This document shows positions 1 through 11,960 of a stretch of 64,000 nt of DNA, piece after piece. A program made the translations under genes and the position numbers. The stretch is taken from the NCBI GenBank assembly GCA_028534125.1, contig CM052818.1:45572001-45636000 (forward strand), given 5' to 3'. Positions within the stretch are counted from its first letter, which is position 1. Every line of letters begins with the position of its first letter. Source of the DNA: Lama glama. Its lineage: Eukaryota. The notes beneath the pieces were generated by a model. It had not been told where the DNA came from. It saw only the letters and a list, made by a program, of their open reading frames with translations, and ran no database searches.

Positions 1-98
1 TTCCCGGCGCCTGCGCAGAGGCAGGGGGCCCCTTGGAGCTGAGCGGTGCAGGGCTCCCACCCTCAAGCTCTTCCAGTGGCGAGTCACTGATTACTCAC

Positions 99-370
99 CA
101 GCAATAAAAAAAAAATCTGTCTGAAATCTTACGAAATCCCTATCTAAATGAAAGAGCGCAACTCTGAGATGAAGAACCCCTTAAACTCCCAACTTCTGGA
201 ACTTTTCAAAATACCTGAATTTCCCAGAGGGTAATCAAAAAGGCGTTGCTTTAACACAGTCACACCCCTCCGGAAACACTGGCCGGCCAGCTTCTGCTCC
301 CGCTGAGCTCCCCCACCCGCCTCGGGCGTTCTTGCAACACAGTTACGCGGCCCTGGAATCACTTCCCGAA
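99..370 (-). promoter_or_regulatory. Candidate internal promoter / alternative first exon
   Basis: CpG-retaining patch at 1-400; donor CTG|gtgagt (93-98) and weaker donors at 132 and 214; ETS-like CCGGAAAC and CACTTCCC; C/EBP-like TTGCAAC and TTACGAAAT. Confidence 0.4.
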
Positions 371-1431
371 TTTGTCCAAGCCAACAGCTCCAGTTTAGGT
401 TTCCGAAGTCTTGGGGCAGCTTCCTTGCCTCTAGGGAGAGTTTTGCTTAAAGACCCAGCCCCAACCCTGCCGTCACAGCCGAGCCTGACAGAGAAGCAAC
501 CCTGGAGTTCAATTTCTGCCACAATTTCCATTTTACATCTAGACTTTTGGGTCTTCCGCCTAGGCTGTAACAAACATTGCCCAGGACAGCCAACTGAAAG
601 TATAACTCTGCTGAAAACCTCCCTCCAGGTGCATTCTGTGGAGCTTAGCTTGGTGGGCTGTCATGTAATTTATTTGGAATTTACTGCATGTCCAATACAG
701 CGTCTAGAATTTATGACAGATGTTCTGAGGGGAGAGGGGGAAAGGGGATGATTTAGCCCAAAGAAGAGAAGTTTGAGGGTTAATTTAATAAAATCATCAT
801 GATTATAAGAGCTCTTTCTTACCCAGAGGGAAGTCAACATGACAGGGACTCGGGGACCGGGGAGGGAAGGGGCTCTGGGCTTTGGAGCCGGCCAGGGAGC
901 CAGGGCCCCATAAGGCTGCAGGGCCTGCAGGCTGCAGTTTCTTCTCAAAGGCTCTTTATGGATCAGACTAGGTCCCAAAGAAGACTCCCTTGATACCTGA
1001 AGTGAAAGCAACAAAGCAAAGCTTCGGGGGGTGACAAGCTTGGGGTTGGAGCCCAGTTCTGTCACTTACAGACCTAGTGGCCCAGCCAGTTCACTCCCTG
1101 TGAGCCTGCATCCCGGTGGGACAAACAGGTGCTGTCACCCCCTCAGGGGGCGTTCCCACAGCCGTTTATAGGTGGTCTCTCAAAGTCAGCACCTCTTCTA
1201 TTTTAAGTGACGTTCTGAATTACCCACCAGTAAAGAAACGTTAATAACTAGAACATTTCTCCGCCAATCCTTGGAAAACATTATCCTTTAAAACATTATC
1301 AAGATTGCAGTGCAGTTCTTAGCAACAGAACCTATAACATAGTAGTTATGCCTTCCGTGGTTGGAGCAGCCTGGAGACCACACCCAGGAGCTCCAGTACT
1401 CAATAAAAGACGCATCAATAGCTTTCCTGCT

Positions 1432-1530
1432 CAGGTGAAGAAACTGGGCTCAGAGAGGTTAAACCATTTCTCCAAGGCCACACAGCTGGTCAGGAGGCTA
1501 AATTTCATACTCAGGTCTGTCTTATTGCCA
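1432..1530 (-). mobile_element. MIR SINE fragment
   Basis: MIR core caggtgaagaaactgggctcagagaggttaaac...ccaaggccacacagct. Confidence 0.75.
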
Positions 1531-2029
1531 CTCTGTGTGAAGGGAGCGGAGATGGGGTGAAGGGAGTGGAGATGGGGTGGGAAAAGGAAGCACATGCCCC
1601 CACCGCCACCCCGCCCCAATTTGATTCCCAAATTTTTGAAAGGTCACAATATGAGAAACAAAGTGATGTCACATGCCCACAGACTTTACCAGATCCACAT
1701 AATCAGGTGAAAGGACTTCATCCGATGTCATGAAGCCCTGGTTATCCAAGAATCCCTGCATTGAGGGGCAGAAGGAAAATGTCTCCCCTCTTTAAGTCAC
1801 AGCCTTCAATCTCCCACCAGTCAAGCCCGGATCTCTCGCGATGGGGAAGAAGGCGGGTATCAGCTGTGGTCGGGTGAAGCAGGAACCCCAGGCTCCCTGC
1901 GGCTCCGGCAGTAGGAAGAACTTGTCTCAAGTTACCCCGGGAGACCCACTGGCCCCGGGGACCTGTGTCACCTGTCTGGTTGCTAAGCCCCAGCGTCCAG
2001 AAGACTGTAGTGAGCTGTCTTTCAGTCTT

Positions 2030-2400
2030 GCTATGTAACCTTGCACGCTCTGTACCCCGACTTTCCCATCTGTAAAACGAATTGTAGTGCCTTCCTAGTG
2101 GCATTGTTGGTTTTTAAACGTTTTATTGTAGAAAAAGTCCAATATATACAAAACACAGAGACCAGTATAATGAACAGTGGGCACCCATTACCCAGCTTCA
2201 GATGCCCAACTCGTTGCACATCTCATTCCCTCTGTGTGGCGCCCACTGCCCCCACCCGGGGTTTCCTGAGAAACATCCTCAGTCCATCGTAGCTATCTCA
2301 GGGTGCTATGGGGTTGCTCTGAGAATTAAAGACATGGTACAAGTAAAGCACTTAGACATCAGGCACTGGCATGTAGTAAGCACCCAGTAGACATTAGCTT
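2030..2400 (+). mobile_element. MIR SINE split by an old L1 3' fragment (~2110-2260)
   Basis: ctttcccatctgtaaaa... then gggttgctctgagaattaaag...taaagcacttag...ggcatgtagtaagcac. Confidence 0.6.
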
Positions 2401-2519
2401 GCATTCCCTCCCATCATTAAATCATGAGCCACCACGACCACACTACCATGGCTGGCACACTGAGCTGGGCACAGAGAAGGTGGCCAACTAATCATAGCCA
2501 CCACTCCATAAGCACCTGC

Positions 2520-2690
2520 GAGTGCATCACCTCGCTGAGTCCGTGCTCCAACCCTACAATGTGGGAATTATCCCCACTTTACAGATGGGGTGCCTGAGGC
2601 TCAAAAAGATTAAGCAATCAATTTTTAAAAATCACACAACTAATATCCAAGCCTGTCTGGTTCCAAAATTTCACACCCTGTTCCCTTATG
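2520..2690 (-). mobile_element. MIR SINE fragment
   Basis: attatccccactttacagatggggtgcctgaggctcaaaaagattaag. Confidence 0.7.
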
Positions 2691-2744
2691 TTGCCTTAAT
2701 AGTTTGTTAAAATATGTCCATTATTATTTGCTTTGTTTTGTTTT

Positions 2745-3190
2745 TAAAGTATACAATTCCGTGATTTCCAATCCTTTTGTGTCTGGCTTCTTTCATTGAG
2801 TATAATGTTTTCAAGAGTCATCCATGTTGAAGCACGTATCAGTGTTTCATTCCTTTTTATGGCTGGGTAATATTCCACTGCGTGGATATACCATATTTTG
2901 CTTATCGATTTATCAACTGATGGGCATTTGAGTTGCTCCACATTCGGGCTATTATGAGTAATGCTGTTATGAACAATTGTGTACAAGTTTTGTGTGAACA
3001 TGCATTTTCCATTCTCTGGGAATGGAATTGCTATGTCATATGGTAACTCTTAATTGTTGGAGGAATGCCAAATTGTTTTCCCCAAGCGGCCACACCATTT
3101 TACACTCCCACCAGCAATGCTTCTATTTCTCCGCATCTTCACCAACACTTGCGATTGTCCAGCTTTTTGATTTCAGTCATCTCAGAGAGG
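2745..3190 (-). mobile_element. Old L1 (L1M) ORF2-end/3'UTR fragment
   Basis: tgtgtctggcttctttcattgagtataatgttttcaag...; minus ORF KCPSVDKSISKIWYIHAVEYYPAIKRNE resembles the L1 ORF2 C-terminus. Confidence 0.85.
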
Positions 3191-3964
3191 GTATCCATTT
3201 ATATTATACACATTTAGATTTCGCTCTAAACTGTGAAATCTCTCCGGCTGCTCCCTGCAACCACACAAAGGAGGCAGAAAAGACTTTAACATCTTACTCA
3301 TGAGTGAACTGTAGGGTCCAAGAAAATGAATAATCTGAAAGATAACAGAATGTCACCTCCATCTCAAAGAAATAAGAAGCACAAGGTACTCTTCCAAGCT
3401 CAGTTTCTCCTCTGTTCTGGAGACCAGCCAGGAAGCTGTGGTTCCATGAGAGACTGAAGAAGGAGTCTTGCCATTTATGGTGACCCCCCCCCACCATGAG
3501 TTTTCAGCATTTAACCATCACTTAACCCAGTCTTTTTGGTCTCAAATGCACCACTCCTAAGAAAAAGTCAGCCTCCTCAATAAAGAATCCCATCTCTTCA
3601 GTTCCGCCCACTAACAGGATTTATGATGCTCCCTTAACTTTTTCTAAATATAGTAAATCCCCTCCCCAAATCCAAAGATGGTCAGCGATACAGATTAAGC
3701 CAGCGCAGCAGTGGCGGCTCGTCCTCAGAGGGCACGCTCTGCAGTGCCACCAGGGACACCAACGGGGCGTTTCTAAGCCCAGGATGGGGCTGGGTGCTTC
3801 CTTCCCAGAGGACTGCATCCCCAGCCACTGGGCGCAACTGGAAAAGGAGGCTGAGCTGGAGAATGGGGGTGATGAAGAGGCAGGTTGTAAAGTGGGGAAC
3901 AAGGGGGTAGGTGGCGAGATTTTAGTCACAGCTTCCAAAGGCCAGAAAGGCAAAGAAAGAGCCC

Positions 3965-4130
3965 AGGACTGGGCTGGAGTCAGGGTTTCTCCTCATTACT
4001 AGCTGTGTAGCCCTGAGCAAACATCTCAACTTCTCTGAGCCTCAGGCATCTTGTCCATAGAACAGCGATGAGACACCAAACCTTCCAAGGTGGCTGTGAG
4101 AAGTAAATAAAATATGAAAGCAATGTGACA
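3965..4130 (+). mobile_element. MIR SINE fragment
   Basis: actagctgtgtagccctgagcaa...aacttctctgagcctcag. Confidence 0.7.
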
Positions 4131-4408
4131 ACTATCAACTACACAAATGGTTACGGTCATGGGGGAAGAGGATGCAGTGAAGTATTTCCATGTAATGATA
4201 TGTTTTTCCTTTAAAAATGGTCATCAGGGCTGATAATTCCTTGTAATTTCACAGCAGACACTCAGCAACAGTTAAAACCCAGCTAACAAACAACAAAATC
4301 TTTACAAATGTGCATATTCCTAACTTAGCAAATCTACTTCAGAGAATTTACCCTGAGGCATAACCACCCAAGCTGGGGGAGGGAGGTAGAGAAATAGTCA
4401 TCATAACA

Positions 4409-4812
4409 TGCGGTAAACTGTATTGCTCAAAACAGTCACTGGCCCTCCCCCCACTGTGGGGGGAGGGGGGATACTTCCCACCCCACTGACATCAGGCCTG
4501 GCCACACGGTTTGCTTTAGCCAATGAAATGCGAGGCGAACTGACATGTGGCACATGTCAATTCCTGCTTCTGAGCAGAAGCTTAAAGAACCATGGTCCTC
4601 CACCATCTTTTCTTCTTTGCCACAAGACCAGCAATGTCTCACATGGGGCTGCTCTGTCAGTCCCAGTCCCCCTGGGATGAGGGCATCAAGCAGAGCCATA
4701 GCCACCAGGGGAGCATTACGTAACCTGAGCAAGAGAAAAACTTATGATGCTGTAAACCACAGAGATTTGGGGGGTCATTTGTTACCGGAATGTAACTTAG
4801 CTGACTGACACA
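4409..4812 (+). mobile_element. MLT1 (ERVL-MaLR) solo LTR
   Basis: ttgctttagccaatgaaatg...; 3' end cacagagatttgggggtcatttgttacc...ctgactgacaca. Confidence 0.75.
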
Positions 4813-4870
4813 CAGCTGTGTTCCTACTAATGCAAAACTGCAAACAACATTAATGGCCAGCTAAATTCTT

Positions 4871-4913
<43 letters not shown>
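4871..4913. repeat. (TCTA)n microsatellite
   Basis: About 10.5 perfect TCTA units. Confidence 0.95.
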
Positions 4914-5009
4914 CCACAGTGGAAGGCCAATAAAATGAAGTATACAATAGCATGGAAAAACATTCTCAATGTGTTAACTTTAAAAAGCAGAAAATAAAAT
5001 AGTACTACT

Positions 5010-5230
5010 GACAAAGGATGATATAAGATCTCCAAAATATAAAAATATCTATAAATCAATAAGAAAAACATAATCTACCCAAAGAAAAACTGGGCAAAGG
5101 AAATGAACACACAGTTCACGCCAGAGGAAACCAAAAAGGCTAACAGACGTACTGAACAGGTGTTCCACCTCACTAGAACTCAGGAAAGTACAATGTAAAA
5201 CCACCATGAGATACTATTTTATGCCCATCT
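5010..5230 (+). mobile_element. Old L1 ORF2 fragment
   Basis: aaaaactgggcaaaggaaatgaacacacagttcac...aaaccaccatgagatacta. Confidence 0.75.
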
Positions 5231-8071
5231 GTCATGTTTACAGAGCTTTACAGAACCATTAATCAAAATAAATGAAACTATGATCTTATTGTGGCTAAAT
5301 ATACACATTTCTATTACAAGTAACTACTGGGCATGTATAAAGTCTGGACACAGGACATTCTTCTGTTCCTTCACAGGCTGAAGATGTTCTTGATGACATG
5401 TCTACCTGCCGATGCTTCCAGACGTCATGGACACCATCACGGAGACAAGAACAACTCCTGAGGGGCACACAAGAGCACGCTATCAAGAGTTACATGGGCG
5501 GCAGGTGGTTACGGGGGATTTTTTTTCCTTCTTTGCTTTTCCATGTTTTCCAATCTCATCCAAGATGCAGAATTTTTGTGTTAAAAAACAAATAATTTCT
5601 TCAAAACTGAAGTCAAGCTCAAAAGCAAAATGGCCACGGTTGAACACTGGAACGTGTCAGCTTTGTGAGCATGAAGGAATTCTAGTTTACAGGAAAGGCT
5701 TGGGGCAGAGGAAGGTATACCCCTGCTTCCTCGCAAAGACAAGCTCTGGAAACTCATCCGAGGCGATGCCCCGCCCCTGGGTGTGGCCAGGTGAAGGCAC
5801 ACCTGGCATCAGGACCCTGGGGAGCTACCCGGCAGGCTGCAGCCAGCACCCACCCCTGGAGAGACTGGCTTCCCGCTACCTGTGCTGAAGGCAGGAGGCT
5901 GCTGAGACCAACATGTTGGATCCCTTGACCTCCAGGGCAGGCTGAACCTCCCTTAGAGGGTTTACAGAGAGCAGGGATCAGAGTGAGAAACGCCAAACCC
6001 CAAACACAGACACAAGCATCCACAATTAATTATGACCACTTGATTTATGCTCCTCTGTGCTTCCCGAGACTCTTCAGCGAAAACACACTGCTTTTATCAG
6101 AGGGGAACAAATCAACTTTAAAAGGAGAAGTAGCTTTGTCCACCTCTGCCCAAGAGACCAAACCCAGCAGGCCCCAGCTCATACCAAGCCCTAAGCATCC
6201 CACCCGTCCAGTTACTGCTCAGTCCTGCCCCAAGGAGCCCTTCTCCCCACCAGGCCTCTGCCGGGGCCCCCCGACTTTGGGTCCCCCTGACTTCGGCCTG
6301 CATCTTCCAGCTCATGGAGAATTCCCCCAACCCTTGATATCTGATCCCCCATCGCTGATCCTGTTCCTCATCCTCCACCTTTGATGTTGAAGCCCTTGAC
6401 CTGCCTGTAGCAGCAATCCTGTTAGGCCAGCTAAGCAAGAACCCCCCAACCTTTGACGCGTCCTCTTAGTAACTTTCCATCCACTGACCCCTGACCCCGC
6501 TCCTTGGCTATGAGTCCCCTTTGGTCCTTTCTGTACTCTCCCTTGTTTTAACAGGGTCAACCCCTTTTTCCATAGTCTTGAATAAAGCCTCCCTACCATT
6601 TAGCAAGTGTCAGGGTAATGTGTAACAGCCTGTGGCCTGGCAGGGAGTTTGGGGACACGAGAGCCCTGCATCCTACCCACTCTGGGCAGAAGCTGCCCAA
6701 AGAAGGGTTGGCGAGGGTCGAGATGGACTTCTCCAGAACCACTGGGTGGTGGGGCTGCGGCAGTGCCTGGAGAGGAAGAGGGCAGTTCCAGAGAAGACGG
6801 AAACCTGTCAGGTTCAGGGACTTAAGCAGAAACATTAAAAAAGAAACAGTCAGAAGACATGATGAATTCATCTGTAACGAGGTCTTCAATGGAATAAGAT
6901 GGGAAATGCTTAGGAGGCGAGCGGGAACCGGAGGGAAGGGAGGTGGGCTGGGGACACACGGGGGGACACAGTGGGAGGACGCAGGCTCCAGGCCAGCGCT
7001 GCTTCCAACTGGGTGACCTCGGGCAAGTCACTTCCCCTTGGAACCGCCCTGTCATCTTTCACAGAAGTAGGAAGGGAGGCGGATGAGATAAGAGTGCTAA
7101 GGACCCACCGTCTCTGAGAGACCATAAAACAAGCGATTCTGCCCTCGTGTCGGGGCGGAGGGACCTTCGTGAGCCCTGGGAGGCGGGACCCACTCCAGGT
7201 TTGATGCTAGTGGCAGGACAAGGAAAATTCACACACGGCAGCCTGCTCCACACATCACGGCACAAATTAACACTCAAAACTGCATGCCAAGTTCCACAAG
7301 GCTAAAAGCCTCAAGCCCTTTTTCAGAAAGCCTGCCCACCTCTCTCCAGCGGCTACTGTCTCTCAGGTTCCGTGATGGGATGTCTGCAGAGTCCTTCTCT
7401 TCCGCTGGAGCCCCTGCGATCTCCCGTCTGCCGGGGACCCTGCTCCCCAAAGCTGTGTTCAGCCCCCTAAAGTGTAGGCCACATCCGCCAGGCAGGGAGG
7501 GGGCAGCTGTGGCCGAAGAGTCAGCCACGTGGCCTGGAACATGTCTGTGAAGTGACCAGCGGGGGCCTCTGTGGAAGCTCCAGGCCAGGATAGGTGCTCG
7601 TCCCCCGCCTCACACCTGGGGGGCCCATATGCCACGTCCCAAGCTGCCTTTCCTGCCGGCCATCCTCCCTCATCCACTCTGGGTGCCCTGAGGGACAGGG
7701 GACAGGCATTCTGACCTTAGTGACGTCCAGCGAATACACCCACAGTGCTGAAGGGACGAGCTTTACCAGCCAAAGGAGGCTGGTGCTGGAAGGGCCTTAG
7801 AGACTGTCTCGGTTAGCGTTTTCAAACATTTTGACTAAGGATTTAAAAATGAAATCTTACCCAGCATCTCAATAAAATGAAGATGCGGGTGAGGGGCGGC
7901 GGGGCAGGAGGAGCAGCTCACCAGGGCTCAGCGACCCCTGTGCCCCTGCATCCCCGGCGGCTCCTCCGCAGAGTGGTCAGCAGTGACGGCTCAGCCCGAC
8001 CAGGACCCTTGGAGCGAGTGCAGGTACGTGCCAGGTTACAGCGCAGCCAGCAGTCGAAGAGTGTGAGATGA

Positions 8072-8286
8072 GGACAGGTGACACAGGGCTCCCCACAAGG
8101 TATCAACAGGTGACATGAGCCTCCCAACTGTCATGATGACAGGTGACACAGGGCTCTCTCCTGATATAACAACAGGTGATACAGGGCTCCTGGTGAAATG
8201 ACAACAGGTGACACGGGGCTCCTGGTGGGATGATGACAGGTACTCAGGGCTCCGAGGGAGATGACCGCAGCTGACACAGGGCTCCC
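8072..8286. repeat. Degenerate ~32-bp minisatellite, 7 copies
   Basis: Unit core ACAGGTGACACAGGGCTCC; cores at 8075, 8107, 8140, 8173, 8205, 8237 and 8268. Confidence 0.9.
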
Positions 8287-9186
8287 TCCCTAAGCCGTGC
8301 TAAGGGCATGTCACCAACACAGGCAGCAAGCTCAGCCAGGTGTGGCCAATGTGGCCGAGCAAGTGATGGTGGCTTAGTTATTTCCAAATCCAAGATGATC
8401 AGAAACACCTCGTGAGATGGGGAGGAAGGAGCAACCCGAGACAACACGGCACCTGGAACAAGTGAGGAGGTGGCCAAGGCACAGAACACGCGAACACACG
8501 GAGTGAATGGCCTCCCGCACCCCGAGAACACATCCACCAGGAAGGACGGCCAGCCCAGCTTTCCCACCGGCCGCGATGCAGACTTGAAAAAGTTACTGGG
8601 AGTTCGCGTCTTACCCTGGAAAATCACTTCCTTCATCCATGCAGCCAACAAAGATTCCTTGAGTGTCTCCCGGATCCAGGGACCATGCTCTGTGCCCTAA
8701 AGGACATGAAGGAGGCCTAGCCCTGTGCTTGAGGACTCAGACCGGAGGAAACACAGGAGGAAGGGTGACAGGTGTGGTCTTCGGGCGGCAGGCAGGGCAT
8801 GTGCAAAGCCTAGGAGGCGGGAGAGGCAGCATCTCCCGAAGGCTGGGGCCGGGGCACCTGGGGAGTGGCAGCGAGGTGGGCGGGAGCCCAAGCAGGACAA
8901 ACCTGCATGCCGGGCAGCCCCCAGAGCTGGAGTTGCTCTCTGCAGACTCCTGGCAAGTCCCCGAAGTGCGCATGGGGAGGGCAGAGCAGTAGTGTGTGGC
9001 TTAGGAAAGTCACTCCTGCAGCTGGGAGAAGAGACGGGAGGCATGGATGGAAACGGAGCCGAGCAGGGAAGTGGGACGGCCTGGTCCCTGGGAGGGGCGG
9101 GGAATGGGCCACGATCACATCAGGACAGTGGACAAGAGGGCCGTGGACGGGACTGCACTAGGGAGGCAGAATCAACAAGGCTTTGA

Positions 9187-9345
9187 GCAGCAGTTCTCAA
9201 AGTACAGTTCCTGTGCTTGCAATACTGATTTAAAATGAAAATTCCCAGGTCCCAAACCAGTAGCTTCTGACTCCACAAGGCAGCATGGGGCCTATGAATC
9301 TGCATTCTCAGGCAGATGGTCAGGGTCCAGGCTTTGAGAAACAGG
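9187..9345. mobile_element. MER5-like hAT-Charlie MITE
   Basis: Termini cagcagttctcaaagt ... gctttgagaaac; internal gaatctgcatt. Confidence 0.65.
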
Positions 9346-9544
9346 TGTGGAGAGCAGCCTGCGCACATCAAGTGAGGGAAGGTCTAGCAAGAACCTAGAC
9401 CCCGCTGGGAAGAGGCGCTGAAGAAAGAGTCCTTTTCCTTTTCCTTTTCCTCCTGAGGGTGCTAAGCACTTAAATACATCACCATTTAAATTAATCCCTT
9501 CCCAGCCTTATCAGGTGAACAGGTGAACGCTAGCATTCCCATGT

Positions 9545-9880
9545 GTGACTGCCTGAGTTCTGCCTCCCAGACTCATATGCTGACATCCTAACCCCCAGGA
9601 CCTCAGAATGTGACTGTATTTGGAGACAGGCTCTTTAAAGGGGTGATTAAATTAAAATGAGGTCACATGGGTGGACCAAATCCAATCTGACTTGGTGTCC
9701 TTAGAAGAAGAGGAGATCAGGACACAGACTCACACAGAGGGACGACCATGTGAGGACACAGTATGGAGGTGGTCGTCTACAAGCCGAGGAGAGAGGCCTT
9801 GGAAGGAACCAACCCTGCTGACACCCGGATCTCAGACTTTCAGCCTCCAGAGCTGTGAGATTTCCCTGTGGTTGAAGCGT
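9545..9880 (+). mobile_element. MLT1A/B-like MaLR LTR
   Basis: cctaacccccaggacctcagaatgtgactgtatttggagacagg...cagcctccagagctgtgaga. Confidence 0.85.
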
Positions 9881-10514
9881 CTCCATCAGAGGGAAAACGG
9901 AGCGGTGTGGTTAGTAACTGACCTTGCAAGGGGTGGGAGGGACAGCACCGTCCCCCACCCCCTCCAAAGCTAATGCTCCCAACCCCTATCCTTCAAGGAC
10001 CCAACAAGAATCTGCCTGTGAAAGCATTCTGTAAGTGGTAAAGATCTACCCCAAAGTTCAGGGTTTATCACCTTTCTTCCTCATCAGAAGGTGGACCATC
10101 GAGGCCTCCCTGACACCATCAGGAGGCCCTCATCACACACTCGGAGATCACAGGGCCACTCGGAACAGGAAAACACCTCTCGCTCACCACAGAAACTACA
10201 CAAAGTCTTCAGTTTAAAAGAAAACAAAAAAATCAAAAGAACCAAGTTTTAAATAACAGGAAATGTTCTGAGGGCTGAAGACCTGCAGAGCTCGGCTGAT
10301 CCTAGAGCCAGAGTCTTAGAGCCGCGCTCTGCTCCATGTGGCCGCAGCCCGCGCAGACCAGGGGCCTATTGCTGCTCCTTTATTAGACAAAACACGGCAA
10401 ATCTGAGGCCTCGTTGACAGGACCAGCATCACTTCAAACGCACTTTGTTACAGGAATCTTTTAACTTGGAGTTCCTGCAGCTGGGCACCACGCCTGCCTG
10501 GCCCCACCTGGAGA

Positions 10515-10882
10515 CACAGGTCTCACAGAGATGCAGGTGTCGCAGGGCTGCATCTGTTCTGGAGGTTCTAAGGGAGAATCTGTTTCCTTGCCTTTTCCAG
10601 CTTCTAGCAGCCACCCACATCTCTTGGCTCGTGGCCCCTTCCTCCATCTGCAAAGCCAGCAGCGGCGCTGCGTTGCATATCTGCCCTGTCTTAAATCACA
10701 TTGCCATCGGGCTGACTACAGCTGGGAAAGTCTCCTCCCTTTTAAGAATTCACCCATGGTGGCACTGGGTCCACCCTGACCATGCAGGACACTCTCCCCA
10801 GGTCAAGGTCCTCAATTTTAATCACAGGCTCCAGGGATTAAAATGTGGAACCCTTGCAGGGGGCAATTATGCTGCCTACCAC
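10515..10882 (-). mobile_element. MLT1C/D-like MaLR LTR
   Basis: tctggaggttctaagggagaatctgtttccttgccttttccagcttctag...gcctaccaca. Confidence 0.8.
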
Positions 10883-10914
10883 AAGACTCTTAAGGAGATG
10901 GATTCCACAAAGCT

Positions 10915-11080
10915 GGAGCCGTGGGTTTCTAACTTCTGGCTGCATAAGTCCCTCCAGGGCGGCTCACAGGCATTTGGAGGCTCACCCCTAGTGTCCCTGA
11001 TACAGGAAAGGTGGGAGGTGGCCAGGAAGTTGCATTTAATAATTTTCCCCAACAACCCCTCATAGGCCAGCACATCCAGG
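10915..11080. mobile_element. MER5A-like MITE
   Basis: gtttctaacttctggctgcataagtccc...gttgcatttaataattttcccc. Confidence 0.5.
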
Positions 11081-11706
11081 GTAGTGAGTGTTCAGGTGGG
11101 AGAGTCACCCAGATCATGGTGAACAAATCTTACTGAGCACCTGGTCCGTGCTAGGCGCTGTTCCAGGCTGGAGTCAGACACATCTGAGTTCCCGTGCAGA
11201 GCTGTGACCCCCTCAGAGAAATGACTTAACCTCTCTGGGCCTCAGTGTCCTCCTCTGTAAAATGGGGATCCTTGCCAGCACCTGCCTACCACGAAGAGGG
11301 CCGGGGGAGACAAAGAAGACCACACAGGGAATCAAGCGCCCACGCCCTTGGCTGTCCCACCCAACACTCCAGGCCGCTGCCTCAGAACCACACGAACAGA
11401 ACAGCGCGGGGACAGAAATGGCCTCAACTGAAGTCTTTTTACACTTACTAAATCTAACAGGCCATTACGAATGAAGCTTCTGATACATCAACCAGGAAAT
11501 GAAAAGTTACGGGTCTGGTGTTAACCATAAATCACCCACTTGTGAATACATATATAGTAAGTCATTAGCGTTAACGCCATCTGCAGAGAATGCTACCCAG
11601 AGAATAAAGTCCCGCACAGTTCGGCTCTGAATAACGCCATTCTCTACCAGAATAAGACAACGCTCTTGGCCAAAATTAAGTCTTGGCTAAAGGTGAGAAT
11701 ACTTAC

Positions 11707-11744
11707 ACCCACAGATGACTCTGGTAAATTGGTTCCTATCCAGT
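11707..11744 (-). other. Candidate 38-nt micro-exon
   Basis: U-rich acceptor ttttttttctgatttattttaaag|ACTGG and donor GGT|gtaagt (11701-11706) in unique AT-rich sequence. Confidence 0.5.
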
Positions 11745-11814
11745 CTTTAAAATAAATCAGAAAAAAAAACTAATTGAGCCCAATCATTACCAGAATAACT
11801 AACATGAACATAAT

Positions 11815-11960
11815 ACCACTTTAACATGCACTCACTAATTTAATCCCCATGACAGCCTTCCCCGGTCAGTGTCATTTACACGTGAGGAAACGGAGGCTCA
11901 GAGCAGTTAAGGGACTTGCTCGGGGCTCACAGGGCCAAGAAGCGAAGAGCCGAGATCTAA
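11815..11960 (-). mobile_element. MIR SINE fragment
   Basis: catttacacgtgaggaaacggaggctcagagcagttaagggacttgc. Confidence 0.7.

Noticed and set aside
4701..4715. CTCF-like motifs (also ~32812, ~60665 and ~62588)
   Set aside because: Each lacks key core positions; cannot be supported without a matrix scan
7856..7922. Minus-strand donors (gtaaga at 7860, gtgagc at 7921)
   Set aside because: No convincing upstream acceptor or promoter found
8072..8286. CRISPR-like array
   Set aside because: Mammalian DNA, no cas genes, degenerate repeats and mutually related short spacers; it is a minisatellite
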